Part shown: one piece after another, positions 38,601 to 48,790 of the stretch | Numbering within the stretch: position 1 is the first letter of the stretch | How the letters are laid out: the number at the start of each line of letters is the position of its first letter | From: Vitrella brassicaformis CCMP3155 | Taxonomy: Eukaryota > Protista > Chromerida | Direction of reading: 5' to 3' | Assembly: GCA_001179505.1 (NCBI GenBank) | Contig: CDMY01000539.1 | Coordinates: 1-55,525, forward strand | Length of the DNA: 55,525 bases | Program-made: the position numbers and the translations under genes | Notes under the pieces: generated by a model | Databases searched by the model: none | Told to the model about the DNA's origin: nothing | Seen by the model: only the letters and a program-made list of their open reading frames with translations

Positions 38601-41600
38601 GCGGTTGGTTGTGTCATCAATCAGGATGACCGATCCACTGCTCGAGTGGGGACACCTATACATGTTTATTGCGTATATCCACCAATGTTCTCACTCCTGT
38701 TTGTTGTCTGCTGTGTGCCGGTTGTCGCGGCAGCACCCGACACAAAGCCGTAAGCACACTCATGCCTATACCAACGGCAGGAGACAGACTCACATTCCCT
38801 TTGGTCTTGCTCTGCATGCGCAGCGGTCGAGATTGCAGCGCAGCATCAATGGTTGTGTCGGCCGTCGGTGCTATCACCCCTGGTGGTGCGACTTCCTCGT
38901 CTGCCGCATCTTCGGCGGCATCTACATGCACTGCCGAAACAGAGAACCCACACTCCATCTCCAGGAACTTCGCACACTCAGGTGAATGCCACCTACTGGC
39001 CTGGACAGCACCTGGCCTTCTGTCGGCTTTTCTCTACCTTCTCGTGCAGGGCGGTGCGGAAGGATCTGCTGCAGGAGGATGTAGAAGGGCATGTGCTCAC
39101 TGTGCCGGGTGGGGAAGGTGGGTCACGTTTCGGCAGCTTCAGCAGCATACACGGTGACGAGCACCAGTCCAAGCCGCCGTCCGTCGTCAGTGGCATGCCC
39201 ATGCCCAGGAAAAGGGCCTCCATCCAATCATGGTCACACAGACACATGGGCACACAGGCAGACAGACAGGGATACAGTTTGGTGTCCCACACTGCAGGTT
39301 CACTCGTCAGTTCACGGGCACGGCTGATTGGTCGTCAGTTAGCGACAAGCTCGACACACGCGAGAAGCTTCGCAGCAAAGTCCACGAAAGCATCCCTTCA
39401 CTGCCGGACTTCATCAAGCACACATGGACAAGGCGTCAGCCTAAAAAGCTCAAGCCTGCCGAGACAGCCGACGAGAGCGTCATCTTCGACGGCGTGCAGT
39501 GGACCGCCCCGGCCGCCCCACCCAACTGGTCCGTCATGGCGGGGGATGACTCCATCAAGTCGCCCACTGCGGGCGACGTCCCCAGCTGCGCGCTCCGTGC
39601 CAGCAGCGCGACGTCCCCGAGTGAGGGATCGTCTCCCCGAAAGAGGATCCTCCAGCCGTACACCGCCGGGGGGTCCATGTCCGATGAGGAGGACCGAAGC
39701 CCACTGGCCGACAACCAGCGCATCGACGAGCGAGAAATGTCGTTCCAGCCGTCCACTGCTGAGGCCACGACGGACGCCCGTGAGCTGCGGGCCATCCGGC
39801 AGATGCTGGGCGAGGGAGGAAGGCGGGGCTCCGCGGGCGCCGTGCTGATGAACATCTTTTCTCTTGGAGGCGGGAAAATGCAAGAAGAGGCCAAGGACGT
39901 CAGCCTCATCAAGTCAGCGTCAAACAAACAAACAAACAAACATACAAAGGCACCGCAACCAGAGACATGACATGTCGGTGTGTCTGCATTGTCATCGCAG
40001 GAGTGGCGTGCTGAAAGAAGCGCTTCGGAAGCGGCTGTTGCTGGAGCTGCAGAGGCAGCAGGCCGCCGCTGTGCTAATACAGCGCCATTGGCGTGCCCTG
40101 ATCGAGAAACAGCTGGAAGACGTCAAAGCTGTTGAGGAAGGCATCCTTACTCCAACCGTCATCGGCCGCCCCCAGGCCGTCAAGGCACTCGACCAGGACC
40201 AGAGTGCAGATGCAGACAGTCATGAAGGCCAAAGGCCGGCAGGCGACCAGCCTGAGGCTGACAATGGAGAGGAAGAGGCATCCTTCCTGGCGGCCAGTGT
40301 GGCAGCTGTCGACGCCGCCTTCTTTTCCAGCGGCCAGGAGGCAGAAAGGAAGCGCCGTGACTCGACCAAGTCAGTGACGATTGCCATCACGTCATCCGGT
40401 GGCGTTGGCAAGGGCATGCGGCGGCGCAGCATGTCGGCCCAGGCCGCAAGGCGCAGGAGCGTGACAGAGCTGTGGGGCGACCTAAATGCGGAGGTTGACC
40501 TGATGGTGACCCGAACACTGCGTCGTGTCGAGTATGTGGAGTGGGGCGCTCCAAAGATGTTCCGTGAGGTTTGCCGTCGAGACCACCCCCTTCTCAAGGT
40601 GAAAGACACACACACAGACGCATGAAAGGCAGCGCGCAGGCACTCGCTGTGCGGTTGGTTGGGTGTGGCTCGTCACAGCTCTTCATATTGAACCCCACGT
40701 ACTGAGGACGACAGACATTGAGGGAGACACACAAAAGAGTGGGTCTCATTTTGTCTGATGAGTCAGGTTCACCGCCGTGCAACGGACCCTCTTCTTTGGA
40801 AGCATCAGTCTGGGCATCTTGACGATGTGCGCCGTCTTCTTCGACCAGGGCCGATACAGCCGTCGGCAGGACGACAGCACAGTGCTGATGGCCTGGCAGT
40901 CGGGCGGCGTGCGGTGGCTCCTCACACTCCGACAGATCGCCGTGCTCATCTGGTCGATCCTGCTTTCTAAGCCCATTCCGCTGACGCTGCTCTTCCTCTT
41001 CCGCAAAGCAGTCCCCCACATCATCCCGTCGGCCACACGCACAGAGGACATTAGATATGGCGGAGCAGACACCGCCTGGTGGATGGGTCGGAAGGACAAG
41101 AGGATCGACGTGCAGAAACTGTCATCCATACATACCAAGCGACAGACCGTCGTGGCCCACAGGCGCATCGCCGACCTGGCTGGACGACACTCAGGTAGAG
41201 GACACAAAGACATCCACAGACTCAGACAAAGACAAGCCACCGATTGCGTGTCTCCCTCCATGTTTTTGTGACCTTAAGGTCATTTTTCCTTAAAGCAAAA
41301 GCTCGCCGTGCTGGCCCGTTGGCGGCTGAAGGAGCGGATCGGCATCGCCATTGGCCTTCTCTATTGGTTCGCATGCTGCTCCTTCCTGCTGCTCTTTTCC
41401 TTCTCGTCGCAGCTGGCGGAGATTGGGCCAGAAAGCCAGCCGACCTACGTGATCTATCAGGACTTCGTGATGGTGTGCTCGGTCGAATTCCTAAACAGCT
41501 TCATCCTCCAGGTAGGCCCGCTGCAGCCCTGGGGAAATGTAATCTGAAGCCGATACTCGTCCATCTGCTATTTTGAAATATTGCAGCCGATAATCTTCTT

Positions 41601-42015
41601 CTGCCTGCTGTCTCTCCTGCTGATGGCCGTGCTGCGGGTGGCGTCCTTCGACTGGGTCGTTTGGATGATGCCCCACTGGTGAGTGATGGCATCCCTTTTT
41701 GACATACATACGTCCGCCAAGCTGTGGTGAGTGTGTGTCTGCGTGATGTGTGTCTGCTTACCACCCAGGTTTGACTTCACCTTCTCGGTCAGTCGGGCAG
41801 CTTATCTGATCTGATCGGCACACTGGCCATCACGTGCTTATGAATGTTTGTGTCTTTGTCCATGTCTATCCATGCAGGGTGCCCAGTCGCTGCACGAACT
41901 GACGGTTCAACTGCAGGCCATCAGCGATACACACGAACTCACACGAGGCATGGTGGGCTTCGCCGGCCTTAATGTCGACTCGGTTGGCATGGTCCAGGAC
42001 GTCTTCTCTTTCTGA
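32928..42015 (+). CDS. Large adhesion-receptor / polycystin-1-like protein: signal peptide, C-type-lectin-like, Ig-like, PAN/Apple, Cys-rich DUF4215-like repeats, P/T stalk, GAIN/GPS, TM, IQ-like motif, further TMs
   Basis: Spliced by eye. Signal MSILSALTAGLLPLLCHA; WQCGRQCQDNPSCEMFVY (PAN); CGDGLLKGGEECDDGN repeats; GPS motif VCGFWNASTHQWDTQGC...CECTHLTEF; TM IAAFFVSIMIAIHSTCLLLSLY; AVLIQRHWRA; RDHPLL...QRTLFFGSISLGILTMCAVFF. Stop at 42013-42015. Confidence 0.8.
36380..36455 (+). repeat. Coding tandem repeat (PPETTAPAV) in the mucin-like stalk
   Basis: CCACCAGAGACCACC(ACC)GCCCCTGCTGT occurs about three times. Confidence 0.8.
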
Positions 42016-42260
42016 CCCCACACCCCCCCCTTGGCCCCCGGCAGTTCGTTTGTGTGCGAGACAGGGTGTCGTAGGCGGATGTGTCGATTGAGAATTGGTG
42101 CAAATGTGGACGTCATTATCTGTTTTCTGGAGCTTTGTGTCAGAGAGACATGGGCTGTGTTTGTTTGTTGCAATGTTCAGACACTGTGTCAATTCATTTT
42201 CTGAACAGGCGGTGTGTCCTTCCTCATCTATCTGTCTGTCTGTGCCATTCGGTCAGTCAG

Positions 42261-43257
42261 TCAGTCATCGTATGTTGCGTAGGCCGCCACTTTTCTCCTC
42301 TTGGCCTTCACCACCGGGGCGGCAATCGTGGGCTGCGGTGGGCCGGCAGCAGGCGCAGACACTGCCACGGCCGCCGTTGCTGCTGGCTGTGGACCGCCAG
42401 GAATCGGAGTGGCCGCCTCAGCTGGTGGTGCTGGTGGTGGCGGGGGCAGTTGGCCGAGTGCTTGTTTGGCTGCTTCGACTTCCTTCTCGCTGAAAAGCTT
42501 CACAGGCACCGACACTCTGACAGAGACACAGGTTGATTGAGTGAGAGAGAGGTGCAGCCGAATGTGAGTGGGTGTGAGTTGTGTGTACCTGACTCTCCAC
42601 GTGTGGCTGTCGAGTCTTTCCCATTCGATCTCAGGAATGACGCGTCGCAGCGAAGGGAGCCTGCGCATGACACGACCAAAGGATATGGCTGGTTATGTGT
42701 GTGCGCTTGTACGGTTTTCTCTCTCACTCGTGGATGAGTTTGAGGTGCCAGTCGTATGGGCCGGCAGTCACCTTGAGCACTGGGTCATCGATTATCTCAG
42801 CGCTGATGTCCTGCCAGTGACAGCACGACACACAGAAGAGCCCGTGAGAGAGTGAGTGAGTGAGTGGCTCGCTTGGCTGACATTGGCAATCACTGACGTG
42901 GGCTCGTTGGCAAAGTAAACTGCACACACACACACAGAGGAGGTGTGTGTGTCTCTGTCTGATTGTGTGTCATTCAGACTGACTGACTTGTGTAGGTGTC
43001 CTGCCCACTCTCCGACTCGACATACGCGTGGCTGTTCACTGACACACACACACACACACACACAAACAGACAGATCACATCGACACACTCGCCTGGTGTC
43101 TCTCTCTGTCTCTCTCTGCTCAGGAATGATGCGCACTTGCGGACTCAGCGGTGTCGATGGGCGGCGGTCTCTTGTGTGCGTGGCGGTGGCGGAGCAGACC
43201 GCCGTGAGCCACGTGGGGTGCCAGGCACACACACAGCACCAGCAGCACCGACACCAT
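42261..43257 (-). CDS. Hypothetical secreted protein with small beta-rich domain and Pro/Ala-rich basic tail
   Basis: Spliced product MVSVLLVLCVCLAPHVAHG...YVESESGQDTYTIYFANEPTSVIANDISAEIIDDPVLKVTAGPYDWHLKLIHELPSLRR...AKRRKVAAYATYDD*, with consistent intron phases where I traced them. Confidence 0.6.
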
Positions 43258-43477
43258 CACCTCACACCTCATCGATCGTGCCGTCGACCGGTTGGCTGAT
43301 TGATTGGCCGATTGACTGTGTGTTTGTTCGTTAGTTCGTTGTGATTGTGTGTCTGTGTGTATTGGTACATACCGGTTGAGACGATCGCGTCGATCGGCCA
43401 TGAATGGAGAGAGGGAGAGAGGAAGGAGCGGCAACAAATTGACAGACAGTGCACCAGTGTCCGCCGAATGTGATAGA

Positions 43478-46474
43478 GCTGTGTGTGTGGTGACGCGAAA
43501 GAGAGTGACATTCGCTGTGTCATCCATCGATTCAAAGGATGCTCGTGCACGGAGGCAGTCCGGCCACTCACCCAGTCGGTTCATCAGGTGTACGTCCATC
43601 AAAACAGACAGAGAGATAAACGCACCACATCGACACACGAGGAATTAAGAAGGCACGGATTCCAACACACCACAGACAAAAAAAAAAGAAAGGCAGCACA
43701 GACAGGCCGGTCGGTCCATCTCGCGGCCTCCCCTCTGCCGCCCCACTGCATGTCAGCTACTTCCGATGTCTTCGTGTGTGCCGCCGCCCGACTCCACTCA
43801 GTCACGTCGACGCCACCCCGCCAGCTGCAGTCATGGAGGAAGAGACAGTCTCACTCTTGTGTTGGGCTCATGTGGTGTTCTCGAGCGTGTGTACCTGTGT
43901 TGATGGTCTCGTTGACCTCTGGGAGTACTGTGATGGTGTCGCTAATCTTCTCGTGCGCAATGGCCACTGCCCGCGGGAAGGCAGCAGGGCCACTGACGCC
44001 CTGCTGGGGCGCCTCGCTGGTCCAGAGGTCGATGTGTGCCGACCCATCAGACCACTTGGCCATCCTGATGTATGCCGCAAAGTCGTCGCCCTCCTCGGCG
44101 CCATGCAAGATGACGAGTCGGTATGAGGGGCCGATAGTGTTGTAGTGGTAGTCGATGGTGCGGCAGCCGTCCCACAGGGGCGGCTCCTGGGCCATCAGGG
44201 CACAAATGTGGTCACACCCAGCAGAGGACGGACTGTAGGACCGATCCGACACCAAACGCGACGACAGCAATGCCAACCTGAAAGAGCAGGGAGCGGAAAG
44301 GCAGACAACACGACACATTGCTGTGGTGTGTTCTCTCATTTCGATCGCTGGATACCTCATGATGGTCAGTCCTCTGAAGCTGCCATACTCACCAAAGCCG
44401 TCTGCAGACACAAACACACAGCGGTAGACACCATCCATGCCAAGTCGGCTCTCCTGTGGTGCTTTGCCCTCCCATCTCTCACATTGGCACGGGGGATCGG
44501 CGGCATCGCTGTGCACCGTCAGCACACTCCCGCCCAGCGTGTCCGTCCCGTCGGCTGTGCGCATAAGCAGCATGCTGTAGCGGCCCAGTCGGTGGCTGTA
44601 GAGGGCGTATTGTCTCATGCTGGGCGGGCGGCTGTCGATGACGGCCTTGCTGCCCACGTGCTGGAGGTCGTCACCCGTCAGCTCGATGGGCAGCTGCTGC
44701 ACTCGTCCACAGCTCTTGGCCATCCGCAGCACCGGCACGCTGCGCGCCAGTCGCCCCCCGTCACCATCAGGTAGTGGAGGCGGATCAGCCGCATTCGGCG
44801 CACCAGACGACGGACGCTGGTCGACTGGCACAGAGGGCTATAGCCGATGACGCCAGTGACTCCGTCGCGGCGGATGATGCTGTCGATGTCGGCGACCAGG
44901 GCGGCCTCGACTGCGCTGCCGACCGCATCGGATGTGCGGCAGAGGGCAGTGGAGTCGTTGGGCGTGAGCCAGGGCAGGAATATGTCGCGGAGGACGTCGG
45001 TGGGCAGGGACAGACCGGGCAAGAAGGGCGGCACTGCAACACTTGACAACTCGGGCACACCGGATGTGCTGTCTGCAACAATATCCTGCACACATCACGC
45101 CATAGTTTTGGCCGTCATGATGGCTTCACCGTGCAGCGGTCGTACCTTCTTGAGTGTGTCAGTGGTCTCTGTGGTGGTCTTCTTAGCGGCGCGGGGGACG
45201 TGTGCGAAGTTCTTGGAGTGGCCCTCCAGCTGATAGATACACGCACACATACACACAGGCAGGAGAAGACACACACACTCATCCACCAGTCAAAGGATCG
45301 ACAGTAGATGTGTGTGTGCATACCAGTGCCGCGCCGTTGAGTCGTTTGAGTCCCTTCTGCAGGCTGACCAGCGCACCGGAGATCTCTGACGCTGCCCCTT
45401 CCACCATCGGCAGGCGCCTCTCACCAACAGACCCCTGCACACAGCCACAGACCACACAATGTCACACGGAGGGAGGTCAGCTATGCGCTGACTGACGACC
45501 TTCGCAGTGAGGTAATCGATAGTGTCAGAGATGCCCATCTTCTTGACAAACTGACACACACCACACACACACATAAGTCAGCCGCCCTCTCCCTCCCTCT
45601 GTGCTGTCCTCTCACCTTTGAGTCCAACACGGCTAACTGTGTTTTGACTTTCGACAGCTGCGCCAACACATCAGAGGACAGCTGCAAGGCAGGCAGGCAC
45701 ACACACAACATCACTATGAGCACACCGACACCCCGTGGCGCTCTCTGGTCTGTGTGGCGCTGTGATGGCTTGATGGCTTGATGGCTCACCGGCAGCCTGT
45801 CACCCTGTGTCGCGCTGTGATTGATGTCATTGACTCCAACCACACCGGTACCTCCACCACCACCTGGCCAACACAGACCACACCACACACAGGTGAGCCC
45901 TCCCCTCCCTCTCCCACTCAGTGAGTCAGCCCACCTGCAGCAGCTGCTCCTGCTGCCGATGTGCCGGACATACCGCCGCCCGCTGTCCTCACGGCAGCCC
46001 ACACGACGCCTGAAGACCACCACACACACACACAAGTGTGTGTCGTTCGGACGTCTGTCGTCTGTCTGTCTGTCTGTCATCTGTCGTGCTGTGCTTACCG
46101 GTGAGAGGGCAGCGACTGTCCGACGACCAAATCAGTCAGCCGATGAGTCAATGAGCCAATCAGTCACACAAAGCCGCACGGCACTCCGCCAGACGGGAGG
46201 GCTCACGACGAACACAGCAGAGGTGCGATGAGATCTCTGTCGTGCGGGACAGAGAGGGAGCCCTCTGAGCTGATGGCCTGTCTGCCCTACGCCAAAGGCC
46301 GCAGAATGCTGAGCCTCCCCTCTTTGAGCTCGCGTGATCGAACCGATTGGAGAGGAGAGGCTGACGGCGTCGCTTTTGAGCACAGCCACTGGCGTGCCGT
46401 TTGTGTGAGAGGACAGACCTCCGGTTGGCGGAAACTGTCGTGTTCCAGTGAGTGCAGATCTCGTCCTATCGCAA
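43478..46474 (-). repeat. Right arm of the inverted segmental duplication (partner 26418-29758)
   Basis: Reverse-complement homology to the left arm. Confidence 0.8.
43851..45971 (-). pseudogene. Family copy F4 (module Y plus module B), frameshifted
   Basis: MSGTSAAGAAAA start. A 1-nt deletion at ~44746 lies between GGDWR and SVPVLRMAKSCGR (compare TGG CAG GGC AGC in F5). Confidence 0.7.
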
Positions 46475-46476
46475 CG

Positions 46477-48340
46477 ATGGCATCGTCGAGCTCTTCCGGG
46501 CAAATGACTCATCCACAGGTGAGAGCAGAACAGCACACGACCACACAGCACAGACGCGCACGGCTGATCTGTCCCGCAGGCGGCTGTCGGTGCATCGCCG
46601 TGTCGGTATCGTGTGGGCAGCCGCGTGCTGATGGTGTCGGAGCGGAGAAGGGACGACAAGTTCCAGTGGGTGGAGGCCGAGGTGTCCAAGCTGGAGCCGA
46701 CTGCGGGCGGGACGAGGGTGTGCATCCGGGAGGTGGGTGGGATGGATGAGGAGTTTGAGCCGGTCGTGATGCCCCACACGACGGCAGCATTCCAACGACT
46801 CCCTGACATATACGCGGTTGGCGCACACACAGGACAGGCACGGAGAGAGGCGGTAGAATGGGAGCTGTGTGGCATCAAGGTGCACACACATCCTTGTGTG
46901 CGTGAGACTGTGTGTGTTATCAGGGAGGCGATGGGTTCCATTACTTCGACCACGTTCCCCCGACGCATCACCACGTCCCTGGGCAGAGCGTGGATGAGGT
47001 AGGCCTATCATGCAGAGAAGCGGAAGTGACATCTGACAGATAATGTGCCATTTTTTCCCTGTGTGTTCAGCTTGATGCGGAGCGTTTCTGTGTGGACCTG
47101 AGCATCAAGCAGCGCGATGCCGAGGACCCGATGTCCTTCCTGCTCCTGCCGCCCTCCTTTATGCCCCCCCTCCCCACCGACATCATCGCCACCACACTCC
47201 TCCCCCTGTGTGGCGGGCGGGAGACCCTCGCACTCAAGCTCAAGAGCACCCTCTGCTGCACATCCACTGGAGTCGGCGACAACATCGGCTCCGCTGCGGT
47301 GTCGGCCATCGACAGCATCATCGAGAAGAACGGCCTCACGGGAGCCATCGGCTACGCCCCGCTGCGTCGGCACCTTCCGCCCCAGTTGGGGCAGTCGATG
47401 GATGTGTGTCGGCCATTCCAATTGATCCGCTTGCACTACCTGATGGTGACGGGGGGCGACTGGCAGGGCAGCGTGCCGGTGCTGCGATTCGCCAAGAGCT
47501 GTGGACGAGTGCAGCAGCTGCCCATCGAGCTGACGGGTGACGACCTGCGGCACGTGGGCAGCAAGGCCGTCATCGACAGCCGGCCGCCCAGCATGAGGCA
47601 ATACGCCCTCTACAGCAACCGACTGGGCAATTGGATGCACGACATGCTGCTGACGCGCACAGCTGACAGGACGGACAGGGTGGACGGGCGTGAGGTGACG
47701 GTGCACACACGGCAGACGGTGCCGGCCGAGTATGCGGATCGATTCGATCCAGACGATCCCCCGTGCCGAGGTGAGAGATGGGAGGGCAAACCACCACAGG
47801 AGAGCCAACTTGGCATGGATGGTGTCTGCCGCTGTGTGTCTGTGTGTCTGCAGACGGTGGTTTCGAGTATGGAAGCTTTAGAGGACGGATCATCAACAGG
47901 TATGCAGCGACTGACATGAGAGAACACACCACAGCAATGTGTCGTGTTCGTTGCCTTTTCGCTTCCTGCTATTTCAGTTTGGCATTGTCGTCGTCGTCGT
48001 CGTGTTATGTGTCGGGTCAGTCCTACAGTCCGCCCTCTGCTGGGTGTGACAGCATCGGTGCCCTGATGGCCCAGGAGCCGCCCCTGTGGGACGGCTGCCG
48101 CACCATCGACTACAACGCGCCTCATCGCGATTCGTCATACTGTGTGGCGACAGGGAGGGTGACGACTTCGCGGCATACATCCAGATGCACAAGTGGCCTA
48201 GTGAGTGGGCACACATCTCCCTCTACACCAGCGAGGAGCGCCGGCAGGGCGACAGGGGCCCTGCTGCCAGCCCCCGGACAGTCGACATCGCCCACAACAA
48301 GATGGACCGCCCCTCCCTGGCGCTGCTGCCGGCCATCTGA
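46477..48340 (+). pseudogene. Family copy F5 (module X plus module B), frameshifted near the 3' end
   Basis: MASSSSSGQMTHPQ | ...YRVGSRVLMVS...REVGGMDEEF... | LDAERFCVDLSIKQRD...LIRLHYLMVTGGDW.... A frameshift at ~48127 precedes RFVILCGDREGDDF. Confidence 0.7.
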
Positions 48341-48790
48341 CGGAGGTCGGATGACACGACGGGGGAGGAGGGTATCGGTGCAATCTTGGTGTATGTCTGC
48401 TCTCCCCTCCCTCTCCTTGTTTTCTGTGCGTCAGGCACCACACCATCTGTCTGTGCTGAGAGGCGTCGCGAGCCGGCTGTTCGACGTGGGGGCGGTCGCT
48501 GTCTGTCGACCGACTGGAAGGGTAGTGGGGGTGGCGAGCTGAGTTGGCGATGGGTTGACAGATGGATCAGTACAGACTTTGATGGATGGATTGATAGCTG
48601 ATGCGTGTGTGCTGTTTTTCAATTCTCAACTGACCCTTACAGTTTTACCGCAGGGATGGTTCACGCCAATGGCAGTCCACCCGCTGTCCATCCACTGGCA
48701 GCCAACCAATAATATGCACACCACATCGCACCACCGCACGCAGCTGCGTCCGTCGCTCGCCCCCCTCCCACTCACTGGTCTGTCACTCAT

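Noticed and set aside
24000-48500. Transposable element explanation for the duplicated blocks
   Set aside because: I found no transposase, reverse transcriptase or integrase motifs, no terminal inverted repeats with target-site duplications and no LTRs. The blocks carry spliced host-type genes.
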